Source: a bacterium
GTDB taxonomy: Bacteria; Patescibacteriota; Patescibacteriia; UBA9570
Length of the DNA: 64,000 bases
Assembly: GCA_030698395.1 (NCBI GenBank)
Contig: JAUYKW010000001.1
Location: 93,735 to 157,734, forward strand
Direction of reading: 5' to 3'
The notes beneath the pieces were generated by a model, which had not been told where the DNA came from, did not search any database, and saw nothing but the letters and a program-made list of their open reading frames with translations. The first letter of the stretch is position 1, and every line of letters starts with the position of its first letter. The position numbers and the translations under genes are program-made. This document shows, in pieces, positions 49,908 to 60,360 of this stretch.

Positions 49908-50495
49908 TTATAATCCTAAATCGATCATTACTTCGTCTTCAGGTAAGAATGATAAATCATTAGCCCTAACAGTTAATCCTTCTGCATCAGCTGGAACTAA
50001 AAAGTATCCATCCCATCCAACTGTTTGAGTTGGTTGTACAGTAATATAAACTGGTGACATATCGTCCTCTACATAAATTGTAGTATCAGTAGAAACAGAG
50101 AACTCATTATCATCTGCATCCATAACAACTATAGACGTAGAATCAACAGATTGAGATTCTTTTGAATTGTTTGTAACTTCACCTTCAAGGTGAACCCATT
50201 GAAATCCATCATCAGCAGGAAGTGCTTCTGCAATTAAATCCCATTGTTCAAGAGTATAATCAATTGGAATTTCATCCAATAGTTCAACAGATGTTATGGA
50301 GTGAGTAATATCACCTGCCACTGCATCTTCTCCAACTTTATAAGTTGTAGCTACAACTGGTTGCTCTACTTTTGCATCTCCAACTTTTGTTGGTGTAGTG
50401 GTAGAAGGAGTTGTTGTTTGCCCGCCAAACAAAGAACATCCTGCTAACGCTGCTGATGCAACGAATAGTGCACCGAACTTGAAATATGTTTTCAT
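49908..50495 (-). CDS. Lipoprotein, DUF4352-like
   Basis: Lipobox ALAGC; YKVGE, V.N.SKES, D.D.NEF, QP.QT....G.FLVP. Confidence 0.7.
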   Translation of the reverse strand: MKTYFKFGALFVASAALAGCSLFGGQTTTPSTTTPTKVGDAKVEQPVVATTYKVGEDAVAGDITHSITSVELLDEIPIDYTLEQWDLIAEALPADDGFQWVHLEGEVTNNSKESQSVDSTSIVVMDADDNEFSVSTDTTIYVEDDMSPVYITVQPTQTVGWDGYFLVPADAEGLTVRANDLSFLPEDEVMIDLGL

Positions 50496-50519
50496 ATTTA
50501 TGATTTATTTATTAATTAA

Positions 50520-51029
50520 TTACTCTACTATTAAAGTACCTTCCATAGAACTATGACCAGAACCACAATAAACATTACATGACATAGTATAAGTTCCAGA
50601 TTTATCAGCAATAAATTCTATCTTGGTAATTTCACCGGGTGATACTACCTCACTAACACCAAATTCTGAAATACTAATACCATGCTCAACATCAGTACTG
50701 GTAAAATTAATAATTACGGTATCACCTTCATTTACTGTAATGGTGCTGGGTTCATAATTATATTGTGTAGCCACAATATTAAATTCTTTAACATTACCTT
50801 CAATTTCTGTTACAGTCTTTTCTTCTAATCCATCATCACTAATAATTTCAACTCCTGTTTCAGTCACCATTGCATCTTGTCCTGGATTTTCTGATGCAAT
50901 ATCAACAATATTCTCAATGTCATTTGAAGTATTTATATTTTCAGAGGTTGTTTCTACTGTAGATTGTATGCATCCAGATAACAAAGTTAATCCTGCCACT
51001 AATGATGCTATTAAGTATATTTTTTGCAT
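50520..51029 (-). CDS. Lipoprotein with CuA-type cupredoxin domain (COX2/NosZ C-terminal-like)
   Basis: Lipobox LLSGC; S.DVEHG and CNVYCGSGHSSM.G.LIV, a full CuA ligand set. Confidence 0.88.
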   Translation of the reverse strand: MQKIYLIASLVAGLTLLSGCIQSTVETTSENINTSNDIENIVDIASENPGQDAMVTETGVEIISDDGLEEKTVTEIEGNVKEFNIVATQYNYEPSTITVNEGDTVIINFTSTDVEHGISISEFGVSEVVSPGEITKIEFIADKSGTYTMSCNVYCGSGHSSMEGTLIVE

Positions 51030-51120
51030 TTAGTAATTGATAAATTTTTATATCTTTCAAATGGGATTATACACGATTCAGAAGGCTAAAACAAGGTTTT
51101 TATTAAAAGTCAAAAACAAA

Positions 51121-51144
51121 ACAAGGGCGCACATGCGCCCTTGT
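51121..51144 (-). terminator. Intrinsic terminator of hup
   Basis: ACAAGGGCGC-ACAT-GCGCCCTTGT palindrome with T-rich tail on the minus strand. Confidence 0.8.
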
Positions 51145-51161
51145 AAATAGATAAATGTCTA

Positions 51162-51446
51162 TTATAAGATTGCATCTTTAGCAGCTTTAGATACTCTAAA
51201 CTTTAACACTGTCTTTGCAGGAATATGAATAGATTCACCAGTTGCTGGGTTACGTCCCATTCGTGCTTTACGATCCTTTTTCTGTACCTTACCAAGTCCT
51301 GGTAATGTTACTTCTCCATCTGCTTTTACATGAGTATAAATCATGCTTACAAATACTTCCCACATTTCAGTCATTTCCTTTTTGGACATGCCTGATTTTT
51401 CTGCTAGCGCAGCCATAAATTGGCTTTTTGTCATTGGTTTAGCCAT
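51162..51446 (-). CDS. hup: DNA-binding protein HU
   Basis: MTKSQFMAALAEK, LPGLGK, RKARMGRNPATGE.I.IPAK...KF. Confidence 0.96.
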   Translation of the reverse strand: MAKPMTKSQFMAALAEKSGMSKKEMTEMWEVFVSMIYTHVKADGEVTLPGLGKVQKKDRKARMGRNPATGESIHIPAKTVLKFRVSKAAKDAIL

Positions 51447-51554
51447 AGGTGTGATTTTTACCTAAATTATTAGATCGAGTGTACTATACACCATTATTGG
51501 CTTTTTTAAAATACATTGTGGAAAACTTGATAATTTTATGATATCGTACTGCCC

Positions 51555-52673
51555 ATGGATGAAACACTTCTCATGATGATTGCCATTAGCATTTTGGTCG
51601 CTGCAGTGATTGGCTGGAAGAGCGGAATAGCTACTGCTTTGATGGAAATTGCTGCTGGAGTTATAATTGGAAATATTTTTCCAATTGAATTACCAGAGCT
51701 AGTAAATACCTTATCCGAACTTGGATTAATTACCCAGATGTTCATGGCAGGGTTAGAAATTGACCTGTCGTTTCTTAAACAAAAAGGTAAAGAAAGCATA
51801 AAAATTGGTATTATTTCATATACAATTCCTTTTGCAGTAATTGGATTAGCAGTTTATATTCTTTTTGATTTATCATTCCAACAAACAATCTTATTTTCCC
51901 TTGCGCTATCAACTTCATCAGTTGGCATTATCTATACAATATTAAGAAGAAAAGGAATTTTAGGACCACGTCGCAAATTGATTTTATCTTCCATTATGGT
52001 TACAGAATTTATCTCCATGGTGATATTAGGCCTCTATTACTCAGATATCACATGGACAGTGCTAGCCGTTCTATTTTTTATAATCTTGGCAACTCTCGGT
52101 TATGGATATTTACAAAAAAGCTATCATCCATTTCAAGAATCTACTACAGAAAATATCTCCATAAAATTTATTTTAGCGATATTACTAATAGCAGAATTTC
52201 TAGCAAGTGGCAGTGGTGTTGATGTTATATTAATAGTATTTATTCTTGGAATGTTACTAGCGAAGTATGTAGAAGACCATGCAACCCTAAAAAATGAAAT
52301 CGAAGCAATTAGTTTTGGATTTCTAACTCCAATTTTCTTCTTTGCCACTGGCTTTGGAATATCATTAACTGAATTTGGAGGAGTATTTTGGCAAGTAGCA
52401 GCACTTGTTACTATTTCTTTCTCAATCACTTTTATAGTTACTTATCTTGTTGCAAAAAAGAATTTTCAAAAAAGAGCTAGGATTACAGCTATTTTATTCA
52501 ATGCGCCCATGAGTATAGGAATCGTAGCTGCTACCATTGGAATAGAAAAAGGTATCATCGATCACCAACAATATCTAATCCTACTAGGAACAGTTGTAAT
52601 ATCTTCATTAATAGCAATCCTCCTAGGAAGATATCCAGAAGATAAACTTAAAATAACTAAACCTGCTAGTTAA
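51555..52673 (+). CDS. Cation:proton antiporter (CPA2/Kef-type membrane domain)
   Basis: Multi-TM; EIAAGVIIG, MFMAGLEID, STSSVG, GFLTPIFF..TG. Confidence 0.9.
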   Translation: MDETLLMMIAISILVAAVIGWKSGIATALMEIAAGVIIGNIFPIELPELVNTLSELGLITQMFMAGLEIDLSFLKQKGKESIKIGIISYTIPFAVIGLAVYILFDLSFQQTILFSLALSTSSVGIIYTILRRKGILGPRRKLILSSIMVTEFISMVILGLYYSDITWTVLAVLFFIILATLGYGYLQKSYHPFQESTTENISIKFILAILLIAEFLASGSGVDVILIVFILGMLLAKYVEDHATLKNEIEAISFGFLTPIFFFATGFGISLTEFGGVFWQVAALVTISFSITFIVTYLVAKKNFQKRARITAILFNAPMSIGIVAATIGIEKGIIDHQQYLILLGTVVISSLIAILLGRYPEDKLKITKPAS

Positions 52674-53143
52674 AATTGTACGGTCAAATCAGATTTTTCT
52701 GAAGCATCAATCGATTCTTCAATTTTTGCCTGAGCTTTTATATGCCACTCATGTTTTTTACTTTGCGCCATATTATTTAACTTAGCTAATGTACCCAACA
52801 TTCCTTCTTGATCAGAACCTCCAGAGATAGCATTAACTGGAATAGAAAATATGAATTCTTTATTTTCTCCAGGAGTTAAAGTAAATTTTTCTGTATTTTC
52901 TTTCTTAGCTAAAATTGTATCTTTCCATTTTTGATTTCTTTCACCGCCTAATTTTGTTTCAGTCCAACTATCTCTTTGATTAACTACAACTTCTACTCCG
53001 GTAATTATTTGCTCTAATTTACCACCTAATACTGATACTTTTATCTCTATTGTTTCGCCATTTTGAACAACGTTTGGTGCTTCCAAACTTAACTTTGCGC
53101 CACCAATGTTCATTGCGCCCTTAACCTTGTCGAATAATCCCAT
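52670..53143 (-). CDS. Spo0M/arrestin-N-like protein
   Basis: MGLFDKVK...IGGAK..L...GG..EQ.I...F.L.PGE.KEF.F.IP. Confidence 0.65.
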   Translation of the reverse strand: MGLFDKVKGAMNIGGAKLSLEAPNVVQNGETIEIKVSVLGGKLEQIITGVEVVVNQRDSWTETKLGGERNQKWKDTILAKKENTEKFTLTPGENKEFIFSIPVNAISGGSDQEGMLGTLAKLNNMAQSKKHEWHIKAQAKIEESIDASEKSDLTVQF

Positions 53144-53156
53144 ATTGTCGTGTTTA

Positions 53157-54419
53157 CTAATTATCTTTAAGCTCTTCTAAAGTAACCTTAATTTCCTTTT
53201 CCTCTCCATCATGTAATATTTTAAGACTAACATTATCTCCAACTTGTTTCTTTTGAATTATCTTTTCTAAGCGATTCTCCGGATTAATCTTTTGATTATC
53301 AACTTCAGTAATTATATCATTTTCTACGATTCCTGCTTTATCAGCTGGTGATCCTGGCATAACAGCTAAATCCGTTGGTGTTTCTCCACGTAAAACTAAG
53401 ACTCCATAATCTATAGTCATATTATTTGCCTCTACTAATTCCGGAGTGATCGCAATAAAACGTACCCCTAAATATGGCCTTGAAATAGATCCTGTTTCTT
53501 TTATTGAATTTACTACATTTTTAATAGTGTTCGCTGGCAAAGCAAATCCGATATTCTCTGAACCAAAAGCCACCGCTACATTAACACCAATAACTTCACC
53601 GTCTAAATTAAGTAGTGGTCCTCCGGAATTACCAGGATTAATTGCAGCATCTGTTTGAATAACATCATCTAATAATTCTGAGCTACCAAATCCGTCTCCT
53701 GCAACAATTGATCTAGCAAGGCCAGATACAACTCCAACTGATACTGAATTATCAAATTCGCTTAAAGCATTTCCTATTGCAATAACTGTTTGCCCAGACT
53801 TTATTTGATCGGAATCACCAAAAGATAAAAATGGAAAATCATTTCCTTCTATTTTTATAGTTGCAATATCATTTAAGGGATCACGTGCTACCACACTAGC
53901 TGTATATTGGGTACCATCCATTAATGTAACTGCATATTCTGCCTGAGGATCATCAATGACATGCTTATTAGTAACTATTAGACCATCTGCTGATACCAAA
54001 AAACCAGATCCACCTCCAACTTCTTGTTTTTCAGTTCCATTTTCACGATATTGCGGAATCTGGAAGCCACTACCCGGACCAAACAATCCACCAAAAGGAT
54101 CTTCTTCGTAATATTGCTCAATAATCGGAACATCTTTACTAATCGCAATTGAAACAACAGCTGGTTGTACATTTTCAACAGATTGTATAACCATATCTTC
54201 CTGAGTGATAATGTTTTTGTTATCACTTGTGAGATTTAGATCATCATTTAAAGCCAGCGCTGACTCCACGTCTTGATTAGCATCTAGCCACTGAGATATT
54301 AATCCAGGATTGAAATAAATACTGCCAATTACAGTTGCACACACAACTGACGCAGCAATAATGCCAGATAACAATCCGACAACTATGGAAATTGGGGTGT
54401 TATTGTTTTGATTTGTCAT
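53157..54419 (-). CDS. htrA: HtrA/DegP-family serine protease with PDZ
   Basis: GSGFLV, TNKHV, IQTDAAINPGNSGGPL, GSPADKAGI...D.I. Confidence 0.96.
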   Translation of the reverse strand: MTNQNNNTPISIVVGLLSGIIAASVVCATVIGSIYFNPGLISQWLDANQDVESALALNDDLNLTSDNKNIITQEDMVIQSVENVQPAVVSIAISKDVPIIEQYYEEDPFGGLFGPGSGFQIPQYRENGTEKQEVGGGSGFLVSADGLIVTNKHVIDDPQAEYAVTLMDGTQYTASVVARDPLNDIATIKIEGNDFPFLSFGDSDQIKSGQTVIAIGNALSEFDNSVSVGVVSGLARSIVAGDGFGSSELLDDVIQTDAAINPGNSGGPLLNLDGEVIGVNVAVAFGSENIGFALPANTIKNVVNSIKETGSISRPYLGVRFIAITPELVEANNMTIDYGVLVLRGETPTDLAVMPGSPADKAGIVENDIITEVDNQKINPENRLEKIIQKKQVGDNVSLKILHDGEEKEIKVTLEELKDN

Positions 54420-54576
54420 AATATTTCTAGTATACAATATTTTTTTAAGCTTTCAAGTGTAAAGATTAATTAATATTTTTTAGCTAAAACTAGCTATTAA
54501 ATTTATGTTTTATAATAATCTATACACTTGCTGTTGTTATATTAAAGCGGTACTATAAAGTAGAATTTTTCATATA

Positions 54577-55284
54577 ATGAATAAAATTGATATTATCATT
54601 CCAGCATATAATGAAGAGCATCGCATAAGTGATACTCTTTCCCAATATGCTAATTTTTTTTCTAATAATACACAATTAACAATTGTGCTAAATGGTTGTA
54701 CTGATAATACGCATGAAATAGTGAAATTATTTCAGCAAGATCATCCTGAAATAATTTCCATCATAAATATTCCAGAAGCAATTGGAAAAGGCGCAGCAAT
54801 TATTGAGGGCTGGAAAAAATCTACGGCGGACATTGTAGGATTTGTAGATGCAGATAATGCAACTCAACCTGATGAATTTGAAAAACTAATCAAAACAATC
54901 GACGGTCATGATGGTGTAATTGCATCACGGTTTTTACCTGAATCACAAATAATAAATCGTCAATCAACACTACGGACAATAATGAGCAGAGCATATATAC
55001 TATTCGTTAAGCTACTCTTTCAATTGCCTTACTCTGATACCCAATGTGGTGCCAAACTATTTAAAAGAAATGTTATTCAGCGAATTCTCCCAGAATTAAA
55101 ACATGCAGACATGTCCTTTGATGTAGAACTATTATGGAAACTAAAAAAAGCTCAAACCGATATAATAGAAATTCCTACTATTTGGGTAGATAAGCCAGGA
55201 TCAGCAATGTTAGGATCTACCGGTAATTTCCTAAAAACTGGAGCCAATATGTTAGCAAAACTAGCAAAGCTACGCTTCTTCTAA
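54577..55284 (+). CDS. GT2 polyprenyl-phosphate glycosyltransferase (Dol-P-Glc synthase-like)
   Basis: IIIPAYNEE.RI, GKGAAI..G, FVDADNAT, DTQCGAKLF, FDVELL. Confidence 0.93.
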   Translation: MNKIDIIIPAYNEEHRISDTLSQYANFFSNNTQLTIVLNGCTDNTHEIVKLFQQDHPEIISIINIPEAIGKGAAIIEGWKKSTADIVGFVDADNATQPDEFEKLIKTIDGHDGVIASRFLPESQIINRQSTLRTIMSRAYILFVKLLFQLPYSDTQCGAKLFKRNVIQRILPELKHADMSFDVELLWKLKKAQTDIIEIPTIWVDKPGSAMLGSTGNFLKTGANMLAKLAKLRFF

Positions 55285-55297
55285 ACCAATCTGCCAG

Positions 55298-55633
55298 TTA
55301 CCCATTAACAATAGCTCCTAGAGCTACTAAACCATTAGCGACAATCCATAAAACAGAAGTAAGTATCAATGGCTTTTCTTTGTGTAAAATACTGTATGTA
55401 AGCCAAAAGAAATTTAAACCAAAATATGTACTCCAAGAAATGACAGATACACCTTCTGCTCCAGGCTCCGTCCAAACTTTCGTAATTTGTGGAATTGTCA
55501 TCAAAGGGCCAATGAATGCAACTACGTAAACAACTCTATCAATGTACTTTTTGAAAGTTGGATGCTCTGTAATTGGATGTGGCTTATTTTTTTTACGATG
55601 ACGCTTTTTTTGATGATGAATAAGTGCAAACAT
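55298..55633 (-). CDS. SemiSWEET/PQ-loop family small membrane protein
   Basis: GPLMTIPQI.KVW....A.GVS..SW; three TM helices. Confidence 0.8.
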   Translation of the reverse strand: MFALIHHQKKRHRKKNKPHPITEHPTFKKYIDRVVYVVAFIGPLMTIPQITKVWTEPGAEGVSVISWSTYFGLNFFWLTYSILHKEKPLILTSVLWIVANGLVALGAIVNG

Positions 55634-55680
55634 GCTAGTAGACTAGCAATTATTTATTTATTAAACAAGCTTTATTAAGT

Positions 55681-55706
55681 AAAAACCCCCGTTGAGCGGG
55701 GGTTTT
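55681..55706. terminator. Intrinsic terminator
   Basis: AAAACCCCCG-TTGAG-CGGGGGTTTT downstream of 55720..56790. Confidence 0.85.
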
Positions 55707-55719
55707 AATTTATTAATTA

Positions 55720-56790
55720 CTAATTTACGGTAATTTTTTTCTTAGCAACCTTGGTTTTAAACTTCGCTTTAATTACCTGTGTTTTTCCGGGCTTCATTCG
55801 ATGAGAATATTTTCCTTTCTTATTAGTGCGCAATGATTTGAATTTTACAAAAGTATCTGTACCTTTTACTTTCTTCCATAAAGTTACGCGCTTGTCCTTC
55901 TTTCCACTCCTAATCCAGCCAAATATTTTTGTATATTTACCTTTCTTGATCGTTCCTTTTGTTGCAGCAATACTAACTGGTTTCTTTCTTGCAACAGTGA
56001 TTGATGTAGCTGCTGTAGAAGCAGATAATGAACTTATTACAGTTTTAGTTTCAGACATTAACACACTAATATCCACATCAGCACCACCTCTTTCTGTATT
56101 CTCAGTTACTGCTAATGTTGCTTGTTCATCATTTAATGAAACAGCCAAATCTTCAATATTTAATGTTGTATCACTATATGAACTCAATAAATCTATCACA
56201 GCTTGAGGAATGAACATGTAAAAATTAACAGTGGATCCAGCAGGGCCGGATAGTTCAAATCCAAAGTTAGCATCATTTTCATCGGGAGGAATTATATTCC
56301 AAGTATCAGTATTAGTAGCCATAGTTGTACCAATCATTTCTGATGGTAAACCATTACCTGCATCATCCGGCCAAACAACAGCTATACTAAATGGATCTGG
56401 GCTCGTTGGTATTTCAGGTATATCAAAGTCTAAATTTGCTGAAGGAGCACCAAATTCAATACCTTCCGCAAAACCAGTAAAATCAACATATACTGTTAAT
56501 GTTCCAGCATTAGCATCATAAACCCAAGGTTGTAATTCTTCGGCACCTACTAGCACCACCATAGCTGGTTCTGCATCAACGGTATATACAGCCGTATATT
56601 GAGTTCCAATTACCCCTCCAAACACATCTAAATGAGTTCCCGCAGGAACATCACTTGTGCCACCATACTGACTTAAATCCGTTGCCGTAGGATTAATGTT
56701 AACAAGTTCTGCTGTTCCGGCATTAGCTACTGCTGGAATAGCAAAAATAGCCACTACTAGGCTAAAAAGTATTGATAAAAGCTTCTTCAT
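55720..56790 (-). CDS. Secreted hypothetical protein, acidic body with Lys-rich C-terminal domain
   Basis: Signal peptide ...AVANA; last ~90 aa strongly basic (RTNKKGKYS). Confidence 0.75.
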   Translation of the reverse strand: MKKLLSILFSLVVAIFAIPAVANAGTAELVNINPTATDLSQYGGTSDVPAGTHLDVFGGVIGTQYTAVYTVDAEPAMVVLVGAEELQPWVYDANAGTLTVYVDFTGFAEGIEFGAPSANLDFDIPEIPTSPDPFSIAVVWPDDAGNGLPSEMIGTTMATNTDTWNIIPPDENDANFGFELSGPAGSTVNFYMFIPQAVIDLLSSYSDTTLNIEDLAVSLNDEQATLAVTENTERGGADVDISVLMSETKTVISSLSASTAATSITVARKKPVSIAATKGTIKKGKYTKIFGWIRSGKKDKRVTLWKKVKGTDTFVKFKSLRTNKKGKYSHRMKPGKTQVIKAKFKTKVAKKKITVN

Positions 56791-56896
56791 ATTTTTTTGT
56801 AACTTATTAAATTATCTAACTCCTTAATTATATATAATAATGTTTAATTTGTCATTAATGATTGACTACAATAATATCAACAGCTAGTATCAAGTT

Positions 56897-57580
56897 ATGT
56901 TAAGTCTTGTAAAAATCAATCAAATTAAATTATTACATACCAACAAAGGCAGGGACAAATCTGGTCTATGTTTGGTTGAAGGCGAAAAAAGCATCGCTAT
57001 GGCAAAAGATATGGTCGAATATACCTTTTCTGTTGAAGATACTGAGTATTTTAAGGAGTTAGTATCCACGCAAGCACCTCAATCTATTGCTGCAGTAGCC
57101 AGAATTCCACAATGGGCAAAATTAGATATTGAAAAATCTAGAACAATTGTAGTACTAGATGGAGTTCAAGATCCAGGAAATGTCGGTACCATCCTCAGGC
57201 TCTGTTCTGGGTTCGATGCAACAGTACTGGCACTGGAATCAGTAGATATTACAAATCCTAAAGTAATCCGTTCCTCTGCCGGAGCTATGTTTATGGTTCC
57301 TTGGCTTAAAATGAATCGTCCGAACGGTCATGCCTATCTAGAAAAACTATCAGCTTCCAGAAAAATATTTCGGCTTGAAAAAAAATCAAATGGAAAAAAT
57401 ATTGAAGAATTAACTACTGCGTCTGATATTATATTGATTGCAGGATCAGAAGGAAATGGAATTATACTTGATACTACTGGAACCTCCATTTCAATCAATC
57501 ATAATAAAAATTTAGAATCGCTGAATATTAGTCATGCTCTAGCCATTGCACTTCATTCCAGATACCAAGCTCATACTTAA
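56897..57580 (+). CDS. TrmH/SpoU family RNA methyltransferase
   Basis: LDGVQDPGNVGTILR, GSEGNGI, ESLNIS.A. Confidence 0.95.
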   Translation: MLSLVKINQIKLLHTNKGRDKSGLCLVEGEKSIAMAKDMVEYTFSVEDTEYFKELVSTQAPQSIAAVARIPQWAKLDIEKSRTIVVLDGVQDPGNVGTILRLCSGFDATVLALESVDITNPKVIRSSAGAMFMVPWLKMNRPNGHAYLEKLSASRKIFRLEKKSNGKNIEELTTASDIILIAGSEGNGIILDTTGTSISINHNKNLESLNISHALAIALHSRYQAHT

Positions 57581-57594
57581 ATATTCTATTGATC

Positions 57595-58224
57595 ATGGAT
57601 TGTCCAAACTGCAAAATAAAAATGAATCCTGTAAAAACAGAATCTCATTATGGTGCCAAAATAGTATTGGATCAGTGTCTACAATGTGGTGGTACTTGGT
57701 TTGATAATTCAGAGCCTTTTGAGGTAAAACATGGTGGTGCTGATAAACTTTCAAATCTAGACTCGCAAAAACTATCAGAGAACAGCATAATTAACAATAT
57801 GGATCTTGTGTGTCCTCGCGATAAAACAAAGTTAAGCCTATTTGAAGATGCTAATTTTCCAAAATCTATCATTGTTGATCACTGTAAAAAATGTGGTGGC
57901 TTTTGGTTCAATCGTGGTGAGTTCAACGCTTTTCAAGATAATAAAAGAAGGAAACAAACAAACAAGAAAACCACCAAAGATACCAACTTAAGTAACCAGA
58001 TAGAACAAATGCTAGCAATGCATAGCACACAAGATAAGTACAAACCACTAAAACAATTAGGAGATTATTTATCTACACCTGTTAATCCATATTCAAAACA
58101 CCTTTTCGTAGATGACAAATATAAAGAACCCACAAAAAAAGTTCTAGCAACTGTAGAAACAATCGGTGCAGGAATTGTTGTCGCAATTCAACTTCTGAGA
58201 ATTGTTAGTAATTTTCTTCACTAA
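57595..58224 (+). CDS. Double zf-TFIIB zinc-ribbon protein
   Basis: CPNC...DQCLQCGGTWFD..E and CPRD...DHCKKCGGFWFNRGE. Confidence 0.85.
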   Translation: MDCPNCKIKMNPVKTESHYGAKIVLDQCLQCGGTWFDNSEPFEVKHGGADKLSNLDSQKLSENSIINNMDLVCPRDKTKLSLFEDANFPKSIIVDHCKKCGGFWFNRGEFNAFQDNKRRKQTNKKTTKDTNLSNQIEQMLAMHSTQDKYKPLKQLGDYLSTPVNPYSKHLFVDDKYKEPTKKVLATVETIGAGIVVAIQLLRIVSNFLH

Positions 58225-58227
58225 AAT

Positions 58228-58437
58228 CTAATTGAACAAATCGTTTTGAGCGCGCAAAGAAATTTCTTCACGTAACATATCTACGTGATTTTTTTCTTCT
58301 GCTAAAATTTGTTTTAGTGCTGGTACACTATGACACTTAGCTTTCTCAGAATCTTCTACATAATGCTTTTCTAATCTCCAGACGTTATCCATCTTTAGAT
58401 GAAGAAGTTTTACTAAATCATAATTTATATTTTTCAT
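58228..58437 (-). CDS. Small ferritin-like helical protein
   Basis: NYDLVKLL...VWRLEKHY..D...C....I...EKNH..ML (ExxH). Confidence 0.6.
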   Translation of the reverse strand: MKNINYDLVKLLHLKMDNVWRLEKHYVEDSEKAKCHSVPALKQILAEEKNHVDMLREEISLRAQNDLFN

Positions 58438-58542
58438 ATCCCAAATATTATTTATTAATTATTTTCATCTTAACAGATTTATCAATATAAATAAATAATA
58501 TAAAGCTTACTTAAGCCAAAAAAAAGTGATAAACTACACTAA

Positions 58543-60360
58543 ATGAAAAAAATTAATATCAGTAGACTAGCCAACGGAAAAACACTAATTCCTCTAATAT
58601 TAGCCTTAATATCAGGAATGTTTCTATTTCTGCTTGGACTATTAAGCTCTAACTGGGATTGGTCTATTAGTGAATCTATTGCTGAGGCAATATATATTGG
58701 TTTTAAAGATTATCAGGAATTTCCATTTTTTACTTATTTTAAAAATGGCGGATCAATGTTGATACAAGATCCTCAAGGACATCTCCTATCTATCGATACT
58801 ATTTGGATATTAATGTTTGGACCACAAATAGGACTAAGATTTGCAGGCTTCTTCTGGGGCTTTGCAGGATTTTATTCCATGTATCACTGGCTCAATAAAA
58901 AAATAGGATTTTCACCGGCTTTACTAGCTGCGTCGGCCTGGATTATAAGCATGGGAATGTTTTGGCGAATCATTCTAGGAAATGAAATGTTCTTATGGCA
59001 TCTTGGTCTACCACTCTTTTTAATCGCTATTGATAAACTTCTTGCAAAACCTTCCTGGAGGAGCAGTATACTAACAGGTTTACTTCTTGGTATGTATATT
59101 CTAGGTCCAACTTTTCATTCAATTCTATATTTAATCTTGCCAGTATCACTTGTCTGGTTCATTTTTTTACTAATTAAAAATTATCAAAAAATCTCTAAGC
59201 TAAAAGTTATACTGCATATCCTGACAATTATTCTTCTCGGCACCCTAATTTCTTCGCCAAAAATTTATTCCTGGACTCAACTAGACATGTCTAGACAAAT
59301 ATCAACAAAGCCACTATCAATCGATGTGGATGAAGCTGTTTTAGCTCTAATCGATATTAATCCTTTATCGATAACTAAAGTTTTTAACAAAGAGGACAAC
59401 CGTGATAATGCATTTTTTTTAGGGTATGGTTTTTTCGAAGGAAATGTTGCATTTTTTCCACTAGCAAACTTATTAATATTAATAGGATTGCTTATTGGAT
59501 GGAAAAAACAAATTGATAAACGACACTTATATGCATTTGCTTGCTCATTGCTGGTAATAGGTATACTTATTAGCTCAAGTGATGTTATCTGGTCTGCATT
59601 TACATCTCTTACGAATAACAGTTTTCGAGCGAGTGCTCGTTTTTTAAGTATTAGTGGTTTTGGGATTGCCATTTTATCTGGCATTGGTTTACACTACATG
59701 ACTACTAAATTAAAAGGTAAGTTAAAACATGCTTCTGCCATAATAGCAGTAGCATCAATTTTTATATCTGCACTCATCTGGATCAATGCTGCATCAAAAC
59801 ATACCATATTAGTGGGTGAACAAAAAGGTAATATTGTACTACCTATTTCAGAACTATGGCAAAGTGATATTTCTAGATTGCAAACAGATTTTACGAATAT
59901 CATCCGTAGTCACGGAATGATGTTTGATACAATTTCAGTAGTTGGTAGTGGTATGGATAATGTAAATGATGACTATTGGGATCAATTTTTTATAGAAAAA
60001 GGAGAAGAAAATTTTCTCTCACCAGAATTATATCCAACAAATCGTTTGTTAATTACAAACACCCATGCTTATGCATATAATTTAAATCCTCATGAAACTG
60101 TCCACATCAGAGTACAGCCAGCTCCTTTAGGTGAGAATGTAACAACTACTCCACAAAATTCGAATGTAACTTTAGAATACGGAGACGGTGAATTAATCCT
60201 TACAAATAATGAAGATTTTGAATTAGCCGAGGTTGATATTTCTCCGAATTCACCAGTTCACCCAGCTACCTGGTATATATCTGTGATAACTTTCCTCTTA
60301 TCAGCTGGTTATATAATATATGTTACCGTTCACCCAAAAGAAAATGAAAAAGAGAAATAA
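58543..60360 (+). CDS. Polytopic membrane protein, GT-C/YfhO-like, paralog 1
   Basis: FPFF.YF..GGSM..QDPQG loop, many TMs, R..ARF motif, extracellular domain, C-terminal TM. Confidence 0.65.
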   Translation: MKKINISRLANGKTLIPLILALISGMFLFLLGLLSSNWDWSISESIAEAIYIGFKDYQEFPFFTYFKNGGSMLIQDPQGHLLSIDTIWILMFGPQIGLRFAGFFWGFAGFYSMYHWLNKKIGFSPALLAASAWIISMGMFWRIILGNEMFLWHLGLPLFLIAIDKLLAKPSWRSSILTGLLLGMYILGPTFHSILYLILPVSLVWFIFLLIKNYQKISKLKVILHILTIILLGTLISSPKIYSWTQLDMSRQISTKPLSIDVDEAVLALIDINPLSITKVFNKEDNRDNAFFLGYGFFEGNVAFFPLANLLILIGLLIGWKKQIDKRHLYAFACSLLVIGILISSSDVIWSAFTSLTNNSFRASARFLSISGFGIAILSGIGLHYMTTKLKGKLKHASAIIAVASIFISALIWINAASKHTILVGEQKGNIVLPISELWQSDISRLQTDFTNIIRSHGMMFDTISVVGSGMDNVNDDYWDQFFIEKGEENFLSPELYPTNRLLITNTHAYAYNLNPHETVHIRVQPAPLGENVTTTPQNSNVTLEYGDGELILTNNEDFELAEVDISPNSPVHPATWYISVITFLLSAGYIIYVTVHPKENEKEK

